Below, in pieces: positions 33,156-42,753 of a stretch of DNA of 64,000 nt (position 1 is its first letter; every line of letters begins with the position of its first letter). Under the pieces are notes generated by a model, which did no database searches, was not told the DNA's origin, and was given only the letters and a program-made list of their open reading frames with translations. Origin of the DNA: Escherichia phage EcoM2; sequence record PQ818761.1; one strand, given 5' to 3'. A program made the translations under genes and the position numbers.

Positions 33156-33230
33156 TAGTCCAAGTAGCTTATATGGTTAAAGCGCGTGTCTGAAAAACAT
33201 GAGAAGAGGGTTCAAATCCCACTGGACTAC
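33156..33230 (+). tRNA. tRNA-Phe (anticodon GAA)
   Basis: Acceptor TAGTCCA/TGGACTA; anticodon stem CGTGT/ACATG loop CTGAAAA; T-loop TTCAAAT; 3' CAA (CCA not encoded). Confidence 0.55.
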
Positions 33231-33248
33231 CAATTTCAAAGGTGCTTA

Positions 33249-33983
33249 ATGAAAGAGATGACAGAACAAGGTAAGGAGATTTTTAATCTCTTAAAAACCG
33301 GTAGAGGGTTTTCTAATCCCCTTATTACTGGTGCAGCAGTTCTAGGTGGAACCGTAGCTGCCTCTACATCACTTGTAAGCTCTATTAGCTCTGTAACAGA
33401 CCCTACAATAAAGGATAAGCTTGTTGCCGCTGGACTGACAACAGTTCTGCTTAACAGCTTTACAACGAGTCTGACAAGCACTACATCAACTACTAAGACA
33501 TTGACAGATTATGGTCAAAAGTCTATTGATGAGTTTTCCTCACGTATGCAGGTAGCAAAAGGCTACTCCAATGTTATGGGTGCAGCAGGAGAGCAAGTTG
33601 GTTGTACACCATTTAGTGGTATTATGGGTGTTGCTACAGAGTATGGTCAAAAAGCTATTGACACAATTAACAGTGCACTAGACGGTGTTAATGATGTATT
33701 AAGTGACTTACAAGATGCTATTGATAAAGGTCTTGATACTGTTTCTGATTTAGCTAACCAAGCTGTTAGTAAGATTAATGAAGGTATCTCGAAGATTACA
33801 GCTTATGCAGATGAAGTTGTGCAGATGATTGAAGAAGAAGCTGCCCTTATTGCAGAGTACCTTAAAACGAATATCAATGGGTTCTTAGCAGGTATCTTAC
33901 CAGACTGGTTTGATGATGCTTGTAAAACTGGTGTAATTGACACTATTGCAACACCAGAAATGAAGAACGCATTACAGAAATAA
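33249..33983 (+). CDS. hypothetical protein (Ser/Thr-rich N-terminal region, acidic helical C-terminus)
   Basis: ATG 33249 with AAAGG RBS; track ORF start 33186 rejected because it overlaps tRNA-Phe. Confidence 0.5.
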   Translation: MKEMTEQGKEIFNLLKTGRGFSNPLITGAAVLGGTVAASTSLVSSISSVTDPTIKDKLVAAGLTTVLLNSFTTSLTSTTSTTKTLTDYGQKSIDEFSSRMQVAKGYSNVMGAAGEQVGCTPFSGIMGVATEYGQKAIDTINSALDGVNDVLSDLQDAIDKGLDTVSDLANQAVSKINEGISKITAYADEVVQMIEEEAALIAEYLKTNINGFLAGILPDWFDDACKTGVIDTIATPEMKNALQK

Positions 33984-33984
33984 T

Positions 33985-34077
33985 GGAAGATTAACCCTAA
34001 AAGGTAAGGGAGCAGTTTGCTAAACTGCCAGTAGCTGAGAAATCGGTGTACCAGTTCAAGTCTGGTATCTTCCTCCA
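33985..34077 (+). tRNA. tRNA-Ser (anticodon GCT), class II
   Basis: Acceptor GGAAGAT/ATCTTCC; D-arm CCC-TAAAAGGTAA-GGG; anticodon stem GCAGT/ACTGC loop TTGCTAA; ~21-nt variable arm; T-arm ACCAG-TTCAAGT-CTGGT; CCA encoded. Confidence 0.6.
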
Positions 34078-34081
34078 ATTT

Positions 34082-34157
34082 GAATCCGTGACAGAAATGG
34101 CTATGTGCCTGTCTGCAAAACAGGTTTATAAGGGTTCGAGTCCCTTCGGATTCTCCA
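34082..34157 (+). tRNA. tRNA-Cys (anticodon GCA)
   Basis: Acceptor GAATCCG/CGGATTC; anticodon stem CCTGT/ACAGG loop CTGCAAA; T-arm AAGGG-TTCGAGT-CCCTT; CCA encoded. Confidence 0.6.
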
Positions 34158-34194
34158 AGTTATTTTACTCTCTCTCAATTAAAATAATAATAAT

Positions 34195-34254
34195 GCCCTG
34201 CTATAAGTATTCTTCCTTTCGCTACCGAAGAGTATTTTTAGACAGGGCTTTTTT
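34195..34254 (+). terminator. compound rho-independent terminator (nested hairpins plus T-runs)
   Basis: Outer stem GCCCTG ... CAGGGC followed by TTTTTT; inner hairpin with TTTTT. Confidence 0.55.
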
Positions 34255-34319
34255 ACAGAGTTATACTTTATAAGAAGCCTTATACAGTATGTCTCTGACG
34301 TACATTGTGGTTTCTCCTT

Positions 34320-34343
34320 GACGGTCTCTGTACCGTCTTTTTT
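34320..34343 (+). terminator. rho-independent terminator
   Basis: GACGGT-ctctgt-ACCGTC followed by TTTTTT. Confidence 0.55.
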
Positions 34344-34379
34344 AAGGAGAAACATGGTTAATTATTTGGAGAAAACATA

Positions 34380-34580
34380 ATGAGCGAGACCGTTTATAAA
34401 GAACTTTATGAAGCTAACAAAAAGCTGGAATTTATGCAGAACACTATCATGGCAATTGCAGACAGATTATCTGTAGCAACAGGTATTGATATTAAAGAGG
34501 CATCTATGGATGCACTTCTTGATGCTGTTGATGCTAAATTCGAAGTTAAGAAAGAAGAGACTGCTACAGACTCTGAATAA
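34380..34580 (+). CDS. hypothetical small acidic protein upstream of terminase
   Basis: 66 aa with GGAG RBS; position suggests packaging-associated role but size atypical for a small terminase subunit. Confidence 0.45.
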   Translation: MSETVYKELYEANKKLEFMQNTIMAIADRLSVATGIDIKEASMDALLDAVDAKFEVKKEETATDSE

Positions 34581-34601
34581 TTCTATTTGCGGAGGTGCTT
34601 A

Positions 34602-36203
34602 ATGGATTTAAATGCTGTTAAGCAGAAGCGAGTGGAAGATGTTAGGAAAGTCCTAGCTGGAGAGTTGGGGCTTTCTGATGAAGTAAAAGAAATTATCAAA
34701 TCATTCGGTAAAGACCCCTCTAAATTCCTTCCAACTCAAATTCTGACTTTATTAAGATACACACCAGACCAAGTTAGACTTATCTTCAAATTGATGACTG
34801 ATAAGAATTATGTAGCCCCTCAACCGGGTTCTCAAGAGGTGTTTTTAAATACTAATGCTGACTTGGTTTTATATGGTGGTGCTGCTGGTGCTGGTAAAAC
34901 TGCTGCATTGTTAATGGACTCTTTAAGGTTTATTGAAGACCCTAACTATAACGCTGTATATTTCCGTCGAAATACAACACAGTTACAAGGTGGTTTATGG
35001 CCTGCTGCAAAGAAACTATTTGGTAAGTTTGGTGGGGTTCCTCACGAGCAGAAGATGACTATCACATTCCCTTCTGGGGCAACTATCAAGTTTACCTACC
35101 TAGAACTTGAAAAGCACGCTGAAGGTCATCAGGGTATTGAATACTCAGCTATCTACTTTGACGAAGGTACACACTTCTCTGCTTCACAGATTTCATACCT
35201 ACAGACTCGTCTACGTTCTGGTGCTGAAGGCGATTCATACATGAAGATTTCCATGAACCCAGATAGAGACCATTTTATTTATGATTGGGTAGAACCATTC
35301 TTAGATAAAGAAGGTTATCCAGACCCTGAAAAGTGTGGTCGTATTCGTTGGTATGTAATGAATGATGGTGTTATGGTTTCTGATTGGGAAAGAGACAAGA
35401 TTCTTGAAATGTTCCCTCTTGAGATTCCTCAAACATACACCTTCATCTCTGGTACGATTGATGATAACCCAATTCTTGACTTCTTAGAACCTAAATATCG
35501 TGGTAAGTTGGAAAACAACACACCTGTAAACGTTGCAAGACTTCGTTTCGGTAACTGGAAGGCTCGTGCAGAAGGTTCAAACTATTGGCAAAGACAATGG
35601 TGTGAGATTGTTGATTCACTCCCAGAAGATGTGTTTGATGTCAGAGCATGGGACTTAGCAGCAACTTTACCATCTGAGATTAACCCTAACCCAGACTGGA
35701 CAGCGGGTGTTAAGATGGGTAAATCTAAAAAAGACGGTTGCTATTATATCATTGATGTAGTAAGATTTAGAGATAGACCCTCTGGAGTCGAAACACAAAT
35801 TAATTTGACTGCTGAAAGTGACGGTAAGCGAACTGGTATTTTTATCCCTCAAGACCCAGGCGCTGCTGGTAAATCCTATGCAACATCCCTCATCAGGAAA
35901 CTTGCCGAGAAAGGTTATCGCGCAAGAGCTAAACCAACAAATAAAGATAAAGTTACCCGCTTTGCGGGATTTTCTGCTGCTTCTGAAGCTGGACTTGTAA
36001 AAGTTTTGAGAGGCAGTTGGAACGAAGCTTACTTTCAAGAACTTGAAGGTTTTTGTGGTGATGGTAAAACTAAAGATGACCAAGTGGATGCTACCAGTGA
36101 TGCTTTCAACAGTCTTAACGAAGTTAAATTATTCAAGCCACCATCAATGGGTGCTCACACAGACTTAGTGAGAGGAAACCCATATGAGGGGCTTAGACGT
36201 TGA
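34602..36203 (+). CDS. terminase large subunit
   Basis: Walker A (GGAAGAGKT) in N-terminal ATPase region; start set at ATG 34602 behind GGAGG RBS (track start 34587 is TTG). Confidence 0.75.
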   Translation: MDLNAVKQKRVEDVRKVLAGELGLSDEVKEIIKSFGKDPSKFLPTQILTLLRYTPDQVRLIFKLMTDKNYVAPQPGSQEVFLNTNADLVLYGGAAGAGKTAALLMDSLRFIEDPNYNAVYFRRNTTQLQGGLWPAAKKLFGKFGGVPHEQKMTITFPSGATIKFTYLELEKHAEGHQGIEYSAIYFDEGTHFSASQISYLQTRLRSGAEGDSYMKISMNPDRDHFIYDWVEPFLDKEGYPDPEKCGRIRWYVMNDGVMVSDWERDKILEMFPLEIPQTYTFISGTIDDNPILDFLEPKYRGKLENNTPVNVARLRFGNWKARAEGSNYWQRQWCEIVDSLPEDVFDVRAWDLAATLPSEINPNPDWTAGVKMGKSKKDGCYYIIDVVRFRDRPSGVETQINLTAESDGKRTGIFIPQDPGAAGKSYATSLIRKLAEKGYRARAKPTNKDKVTRFAGFSAASEAGLVKVLRGSWNEAYFQELEGFCGDGKTKDDQVDATSDAFNSLNEVKLFKPPSMGAHTDLVRGNPYEGLRR

Positions 36204-36219
36204 TAGCTAGGTGAGAAGA

Positions 36220-37686
36220 ATGGCAGAAATTACAGAAACACAAGAAAGCTTACCACCATTTAGAATGGGTGAAGTAGGTTCTTTGGGTCTGAAGGTTAAG
36301 AATGGTAGAATCTATGAAGAACCTCGTCAGGCACTAAGGTTCCCTGAAAGTATTAAAACTTTCCAATTAATGATGCGTGACCCTGCTGTAGCAGCATCTG
36401 TGAATATTATTAAGATGTTTGTCAGAAAAGTCAACTGGAGATTTGTACCTCCAAAGGGAAAAGAGCAAGACCCTAAAATGCTTGAAAGAGCAGACTTCTT
36501 TAATTCTTTAATGGATGACATGGAGCATGATTGGGCAGATTTTATTAACTCTGTAATGTCATTCTGCACTTATGGGTTCTGTGTTAACGAAAAAGTTTAT
36601 AAGAAGCGACAGGGTAAAAAAGGAAAGTACCAGTCTAAGTTTGATGATGGTCTAATTGGGTGGGCTAAATTACCAATCAGAAACCAATCAACACTTGATA
36701 AGTGGTATTTTGACGAAGACTTTAGAAAAGTTACTGGTGTTAGACAGAATCTGAGAAATGTTTCACATATTGCTGGAGCAATTAATCTTGGGGAAAGACC
36801 TCTAACAAGAAAACTCCCACGAGCTAAATTCATGCTGTTTAAGTATGACGATGAATATGGAAATCCAGAAGGTCGTTCACCATTACTTAATGCTTATGTA
36901 CCGTGGAAATATAAAGTACAGATTGAAGAGTACGAAGCTGTTGGTGTTTCAAGAGACTTGGTAGGTATGCCAAAGATTGGTTTACCACCAGATTATCTGG
37001 ATGAAAATGCAGAACCTGAAAAGAAAGCTTTCGTACAATACTGCAAAACTGTTGTTAACGATATGATTGCTAATGACAGAGCAGGTTTAATCTGGCCTAG
37101 ATATATCGACCCAGATACTAAAGAGGATATTTTTGAGTTCTCATTAGTTTCTAGACAGGGTGCTAAAGCGTATGATACAGGTTCTATTATTGACAGATAT
37201 TCCAAGCAGATTATGATGGCATTTATGTCAGATGTTCTTGCTATGGGTCAGTCAAAATACGGTTCATTCTCTCTTGCAGATTCTAAGACAAGCTTATTAG
37301 CAATGTCAGTAGATATTCTGCTGAAGCAAATTAAGAACGTAATTAACCGTGACTTAGTTGCACAGACTTATGCTCTTAATATGTGGGATGATGAAGAACA
37401 TGTGCAAATCACATATGATGATATCGAAACTCCAGACCTTGAAGCAATTGGTTCTTATATTCAGAAGACTGTTGCAGTAGGTGCTTTGGAAGTTGACAAA
37501 GAGCTATCTAACAAACTTAGAGAGCATATTGGTCTTCCTCCTGCTGATGAGTCTCAGCCAGTATCTGAAAAACTTTCTCCGAATAGCCAAAGCCGTTCAG
37601 GAGATGGTTATAAGACCGCTGGAGAAGGTACTGCAAAGACACCTTCAGCAAAAGACCCAAGCACAGCAAATAAGGCAAATAAATAA
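36220..37686 (+). CDS. portal protein (putative)
   Basis: ~490 aa immediately downstream of large terminase; start set at ATG 36220. Confidence 0.55.
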   Translation: MAEITETQESLPPFRMGEVGSLGLKVKNGRIYEEPRQALRFPESIKTFQLMMRDPAVAASVNIIKMFVRKVNWRFVPPKGKEQDPKMLERADFFNSLMDDMEHDWADFINSVMSFCTYGFCVNEKVYKKRQGKKGKYQSKFDDGLIGWAKLPIRNQSTLDKWYFDEDFRKVTGVRQNLRNVSHIAGAINLGERPLTRKLPRAKFMLFKYDDEYGNPEGRSPLLNAYVPWKYKVQIEEYEAVGVSRDLVGMPKIGLPPDYLDENAEPEKKAFVQYCKTVVNDMIANDRAGLIWPRYIDPDTKEDIFEFSLVSRQGAKAYDTGSIIDRYSKQIMMAFMSDVLAMGQSKYGSFSLADSKTSLLAMSVDILLKQIKNVINRDLVAQTYALNMWDDEEHVQITYDDIETPDLEAIGSYIQKTVAVGALEVDKELSNKLREHIGLPPADESQPVSEKLSPNSQSRSGDGYKTAGEGTAKTPSAKDPSTANKANK

Positions 37687-38186
37687 TGGCTGAAGTTATC
37701 TCTATTTCAAATGCTACACGAGTGCATTCGTATAGGGGTGTCCTTATCATTACTGATAAGTTATCTGTAGAGGCTGGCTCAAGGGTCAGCCTTTCAGGTT
37801 ATGTTAGTGATGGTGGAGTCTCTGACGTTTTCACTATTTGCAGGTTACTTGATGCACCAATGAGTGGAAAACCGTTTATTTCAGGAAATTGTAGTGAAAT
37901 TGTTAAAATTCCATTTGACAGTTCATGCCTTTTGGGTGTAAAGTTATATAACTGCGAGAATAAACGTATCAATGTTAAAAGCATTGAAGCCGCTTTCATT
38001 ACCCTCGACACTGCATTTCAATCTCCAATGACAGTTAATAAAGAAACAAACAGACTTGAATACATTTTTTCACAAAATGATTACAAAGTACTTGTCAAAG
38101 GTAAAGTATATGATATGATTGTAAATGTGGTAGATGAATCTGGTAACCATTCAACAGTCCTTAAACAAAAAGTAAGGTTTAATTAA
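37686..38186 (+). CDS. hypothetical protein
   Basis: 166-aa ORF between portal and protease genes. Confidence 0.5.
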   Translation: MAEVISISNATRVHSYRGVLIITDKLSVEAGSRVSLSGYVSDGGVSDVFTICRLLDAPMSGKPFISGNCSEIVKIPFDSSCLLGVKLYNCENKRINVKSIEAAFITLDTAFQSPMTVNKETNRLEYIFSQNDYKVLVKGKVYDMIVNVVDESGNHSTVLKQKVRFN

Positions 38187-38518
38187 TGGGAACATTAACT
38201 ATTGATGGTAAGAATAAAATCCTCGCCACGCTAACCCCAACGACTATTATTTTACACAATGTAGACCCAACGGCAGACCCTACAGCAAATAAGGTTACTC
38301 AGCCAGTGGCTATTTATTTTTCTGAACCGGATAATGGCTTAATTGCCTCAGAAGACACAGTTAATATTACTGTTCCAGCTTCTGCAACGGTCTCACACTA
38401 TAGCTTGTGGGATGCTAACGATAAATGCGTGGCAACTGGTGCTCTTAGCAAACCTCAATTCTTTGCTGAAGAAGGTATATATGTTATCTCTTCAGTCTCT
38501 GTAGATTTAAACAAATAG
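38186..38518 (+). CDS. hypothetical protein
   Basis: 110-aa ORF. Confidence 0.5.
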   Translation: MGTLTIDGKNKILATLTPTTIILHNVDPTADPTANKVTQPVAIYFSEPDNGLIASEDTVNITVPASATVSHYSLWDANDKCVATGALSKPQFFAEEGIYVISSVSVDLNK

Positions 38519-38529
38519 GGTGAGTAAAA

Positions 38530-39876
38530 ATGAGTTCGAATATCTTCAGACTTGCTGATAGATTATTCAACCAACCTTTACTAGCCACTGAATCATTAGC
38601 TCACTCAGCAGCAACTTATGTGAATAACAGATTGCTGGGTGATGTCCAAGCAGCAGTAAACTTTGATAAACCCAAAGGTGAAGCAAGAAGTCTTTTAAAA
38701 GTAAAAGATGACATTGCTATTATCCCTATTATGGGTGGTTTAACCCATCGTATGACATTCATTGATGCAATGTGTACAGGTGGATTAAGTTCTTATGAAG
38801 GTTTGCGTAGAGGCTTTGACGAAGCTTTAGCAGATGAGTCAATCAAGACTATTGTTCTGCACATCGATTCCGGTGGTGGTGAAGCTTCAGGTTGCTTTGA
38901 ATTAGCACGTCACATTATGGCTTCAAGAGGCCAAAAGAAAATTATTGCTTATGTAGATGAGTTCGCTTGTTCCGCTGCATACGCTCTTGCATCTTCTGCT
39001 GAAGAAATTATTGCATCACCAGATGCAGATGTTGGTTCTATCGGTGTAATCATGGTTCATCAGGAATTAACTAAGGCATTTGAAAAGAATGGCGTAACAA
39101 TTAACGTCATCAAAGCTGGTGAGTTTAAAGGTATGGGTTCACCATTCCAAGCACTCTCAGAAGAAAGCAAAGAAAGACTTCAAAAGAGAATTAATGATAC
39201 CTACGCAACCTTTACAGGTTTTGTAGCCGAATCTCGTAATCTCTCTGAAGAAGCTGTAAAGAATACTGAGGCGAATGTTTATTCTGCTCAGGAAGCTCTT
39301 GAACTTGGTTTAATTAACTCAATCATGTCTCAAGATGATTTCTTAAATTACTTACAAGGTTCTGAAGAGGCTCCTGTAAGTTTAAACGTTAACAATTCAG
39401 GTGAAGAAATGACTGAACAAGAAAAGCAAGAACTAGAAGCTTTGCGTCTTCAGGTTGCTCAAATGAAAGCTAAAGAACAGGAAGCTGCTTTGTCAGATTT
39501 GACTAATAAGATTTCTGCTTCTGCTGAAGCTTTTGGATTTGATGCAAAAGAAGCTGCAACGACTATTTTAGGTGCTGGTCTTGATAACCCTCTGAGTGTT
39601 CTGTTTATGAATGCTATGGAAGGTGCTAACCAGAAACTTAATGAAACTATCGCATCCCACGCTTCTGCAATGGAAGAAAAAGAATCAGAAATTACCAAGC
39701 TGAAAGAAACTGCTGGTGCTGTTCTTGAACATTCCAACGCTATGGAAGAAATGGGTAATGACGGCGAAGCTGATTTGGTTGAAGAAGAAAACGAACCAGC
39801 TAAGAATGCTTCCGAAGACACCGCTGAACAACGCAAACTGGCTCTCCAGAATGCTCTAAAATCTCTTATTAAATAA
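38530..39876 (+). CDS. prohead protease (S49/ClpP-like) fused to scaffold-like coiled-coil C-terminal region
   Basis: 448 aa; S49/ClpP-like segment (IVLHIDSGGGEASG, FACSAAYALA); acidic Ala/Glu-rich helical C-terminus. Confidence 0.6.
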   Translation: MSSNIFRLADRLFNQPLLATESLAHSAATYVNNRLLGDVQAAVNFDKPKGEARSLLKVKDDIAIIPIMGGLTHRMTFIDAMCTGGLSSYEGLRRGFDEALADESIKTIVLHIDSGGGEASGCFELARHIMASRGQKKIIAYVDEFACSAAYALASSAEEIIASPDADVGSIGVIMVHQELTKAFEKNGVTINVIKAGEFKGMGSPFQALSEESKERLQKRINDTYATFTGFVAESRNLSEEAVKNTEANVYSAQEALELGLINSIMSQDDFLNYLQGSEEAPVSLNVNNSGEEMTEQEKQELEALRLQVAQMKAKEQEAALSDLTNKISASAEAFGFDAKEAATTILGAGLDNPLSVLFMNAMEGANQKLNETIASHASAMEEKESEITKLKETAGAVLEHSNAMEEMGNDGEADLVEEENEPAKNASEDTAEQRKLALQNALKSLIK

Positions 39877-39887
39877 GGAACACAATA

Positions 39888-40265
39888 ATGGCATATGAAG
39901 GTTTTACTAAGCTAGGTAAAAGAGAACCTCTGAATGATATCATTCTTTGGGAACAGATTACCCCAACAGGCCACTCTCGTAAAGAGTACACTCCAGTTGC
40001 TTCAACAGAATACCGTGTAGGTGAAGTTCTGAAAGCAGATGGTACTAAAGTTGCAGCAGGGGAAGAAACTCAGGCTGATTCTGTATGTATCGTTAACTTT
40101 TATTCAGACCTGCAACTGTCTTACCACGGTCAGTTGAAAGTTGTTGGTATTTACCGCGACGCAGAACTGAAAGACATGCTTACTCTTGAGTCTGGTGTTA
40201 ATGCTGAGAACGTCAAGAAAGCTCTGGCTGCTAAAGGTATTGATTTCGTACCAACTGGCCTGTAA
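39888..40265 (+). CDS. head decoration protein (putative)
   Basis: 125 aa between protease/scaffold and major capsid genes. Confidence 0.35.
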   Translation: MAYEGFTKLGKREPLNDIILWEQITPTGHSRKEYTPVASTEYRVGEVLKADGTKVAAGEETQADSVCIVNFYSDLQLSYHGQLKVVGIYRDAELKDMLTLESGVNAENVKKALAAKGIDFVPTGL

Positions 40266-40298
40266 TAACAATAATAAGACATTCTGGAGAATTTTACA

Positions 40299-41402
40299 AT
40301 GTTGACTAATTCTGAAAAAAGCAGATTTTTCCTTGCTGACCTGACTGGTGAAGTCCAGTCTATCCCAAATACTTATGGGTATATTTCCAACTTAGGTCTG
40401 TTCCGTTCAGCACCAATCACCCAAACTACTTTCCTTATGGACTTGACTGATTGGGATGTTAGCTTGCTTGATGCGGTAGACCGTGATAGCCGTAAAGCAG
40501 AGACTAGCGCACCTGAGCGTGTTCGTCAAATCAGCTTCCCAATGATGTACTTCAAAGAAGTTGAAAGCATCACTCCTGATGAAATTCAGGGTGTACGTCA
40601 GCCAGGCACTGCAAACGAGCTTACTACTGAAGCTGTAGTACGTGCTAAGAAGCTGATGAAGATTCGTACCAAGTTCGATATTACTCGTGAGTTCCTGTTT
40701 ATGCAAGCTCTGAAGGGTAAAGTTGTTGATGCTCGTGGTACTCTGTATGCTGACCTGTACAAGCAGTTCGATGTTGAGAAGAAGACTGTTTACTTCGACC
40801 TTGACAACCCTAATGCGGATATCGACGCTTCTATTGAAGAACTGCGTATGCACATGGAAGATGAAGCTAAGACTGGCACTGTAATCAACGGTGAAGAAAT
40901 TCACGTAGTTGTTGACCGTGTGTTCTTCAGCAAGCTGACTAAACATCCTAAGATTCGTGATGCTTATCTTGCACAGCAGACTCCGCTGGCTTGGCAACAG
41001 ATTACTGGTTCTCTGAGAACTGGTGGTACTGACGGCGTTCAGGCTCATATGAACACCTTCTACTACGGTGGTGTTAAGTTTGTCCAGTACAACGGTAAGT
41101 TCAAAGACAAGCGCGGTAAGGTTCACACTCTGGTGAGCATTGATGGTGCAGCAGCAACTGTTGGTGTTGGTCATGCCTTCCCTAACGTTTCTATGCTGGG
41201 TGAAGCAAACAACATCTTCGAAGTGGCTTATGGTCCATGTCCTAAGATGGGTTACGCAAATACACTTGGTCAGGAACTGTACGTATTCGAATACGAAAAA
41301 GACCGTGACGAAGGTATTGACTTCGAAGCTCACTCTTACATGCTGCCATACTGTACTCGTCCTCAGTTGCTGGTAGATGTTCGTGCTGACGCCAAAGACT
41401 AA
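40299..41402 (+). CDS. major capsid protein (putative, HK97-like)
   Basis: 367 aa directly after protease/decoration genes; typical size and position. Confidence 0.6.
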   Translation: MLTNSEKSRFFLADLTGEVQSIPNTYGYISNLGLFRSAPITQTTFLMDLTDWDVSLLDAVDRDSRKAETSAPERVRQISFPMMYFKEVESITPDEIQGVRQPGTANELTTEAVVRAKKLMKIRTKFDITREFLFMQALKGKVVDARGTLYADLYKQFDVEKKTVYFDLDNPNADIDASIEELRMHMEDEAKTGTVINGEEIHVVVDRVFFSKLTKHPKIRDAYLAQQTPLAWQQITGSLRTGGTDGVQAHMNTFYYGGVKFVQYNGKFKDKRGKVHTLVSIDGAAATVGVGHAFPNVSMLGEANNIFEVAYGPCPKMGYANTLGQELYVFEYEKDRDEGIDFEAHSYMLPYCTRPQLLVDVRADAKD

Positions 41403-41423
41403 TATTCTTAAGGAGGGTTATGA

Positions 41424-41873
41424 ATGTGTTATACAGGCGACCCAGCCAATAACCCTCTTGATAGAGTAAGAATCCTCTGCACAGACACCAATAATGATGA
41501 AATTCTTATTGAACAGTCTGTGCTAGAGTGGTTCTATCTAGAATCTGGAAAGGATGAAAAGAAAGCAGCCATCAAAGCTCTTAAATATTTACTCTTTCAA
41601 GTAGCCAAGATGGGAGATGAGAAGGTTGGTGGTGTTTATTTACGTAACTCTTCCAGATTCAAGTCTCTGAAAGCTGTTTATGACGACCTTGTTAAAAGCT
41701 CTGTTTCAGGACTACCCTATGCAGGTGGTATTAATCAGTGTGATATTGACATGCGTCGTCAAAATCCTTGCTCTGTCAAGAAATACACAGAATATGGTGA
41801 TGCTGCCAGATACGAAGGCAGAGATTACTGCAACCGTGTTAATGGCGTATTTATTATCGAGCGAGATGAATAA
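41424..41873 (+). CDS. head completion / head-tail connector protein (putative)
   Basis: 149-aa ORF in head-to-tail joining position. Confidence 0.35.
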   Translation: MCYTGDPANNPLDRVRILCTDTNNDEILIEQSVLEWFYLESGKDEKKAAIKALKYLLFQVAKMGDEKVGGVYLRNSSRFKSLKAVYDDLVKSSVSGLPYAGGINQCDIDMRRQNPCSVKKYTEYGDAARYEGRDYCNRVNGVFIIERDE

Positions 41874-42355
41874 TGGTTAAAAGGGTTATTCACCCCGCTA
41901 GAGCAAAATTAGTCGGGGCTATGAAGAACTTGCATACGGCTAATGCTCAAGTTGGGTATTTTCAAGAACAAGGTCAACATAGCTCTGGTTTTTCTTATCC
42001 TGCTTTAATGTATTTACAAGAAGTTATTGGGGTTCCTTCAGCTTCTGGTAAAGTATATCGTAGGTTGTTTGAAATCACTATGATGCTAAACAAACAGACC
42101 TTGTTAGAGCAGACTAAGAAGAATCTATATAAGCAACTTAGCAGTCTCAACACAGACCCTTCAAATACCTTAGAAGCATTTGCAAAGAATGCTCAAAAGG
42201 CAATTAAAAGGGGTTTTGGTAATTCTGCTATCCTCCCTCCTAACGCACCTTCCACAGTCAAGAAAAAAGGCTTTAATGCACCTCTTGTTGAGACAGGTGA
42301 CTTAAGAGATAACCTTGCTTATAAAATTTCTACTAAGAAGGGTATTAAGAAATGA
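41873..42355 (+). CDS. head-tail adaptor protein (putative)
   Basis: 160-aa ORF. Confidence 0.35.
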   Translation: MVKRVIHPARAKLVGAMKNLHTANAQVGYFQEQGQHSSGFSYPALMYLQEVIGVPSASGKVYRRLFEITMMLNKQTLLEQTKKNLYKQLSSLNTDPSNTLEAFAKNAQKAIKRGFGNSAILPPNAPSTVKKKGFNAPLVETGDLRDNLAYKISTKKGIKK

Positions 42356-42753
42356 GACTCTTAAACAGACACAGCTTTGTAGTAAAGCGTAAAGTCTCTG
42401 AAGACGGTTATTATAATGATGATGGTGATTGGGTAGCTTCACAAGATATTGTAGAGGTTAACTGTAAAGGTAATATCCAGCCATATATCAAAGGTTCTGT
42501 AAAGAACGGTACACAGATTGCTTTACCGGAAGGTATTAGACTTACCGATACAAGAATCCTGTACACTACATATAAACTTAGAACTTCAGATGATGTAGAG
42601 TGGAATGAGTCTGATATTGTTATGATTGACGGTCATGAGTATGAAGTATTTATGACTATGGATTGGTCACAACAATTAGCCCATACATCCCATTATGAAT
42701 ATATCATTATTAGAAGGGATAAAATGAATGCAGTTAGAAACAGCAGAACTTGA
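42352..42753 (+). CDS. head closure / tail completion protein (putative)
   Basis: 133-aa ORF. Confidence 0.3.
   Translation: MRLLNRHSFVVKRKVSEDGYYNDDGDWVASQDIVEVNCKGNIQPYIKGSVKNGTQIALPEGIRLTDTRILYTTYKLRTSDDVEWNESDIVMIDGHEYEVFMTMDWSQQLAHTSHYEYIIIRRDKMNAVRNSRT

Noticed and set aside
33186-33248. Upstream extension of ORF 33186..33983
   Set aside because: The extension overlaps tRNA-Phe (33156..33230); the ATG at 33249 behind an AAAGG RBS is the more plausible start.
33803-34273. ORFs 33803..34078 (minus) and 34046..34273 (plus)
   Set aside because: They overlap tRNA-Ser(GCT), tRNA-Cys(GCA) and terminator hairpins; sequence is better explained as RNA genes.
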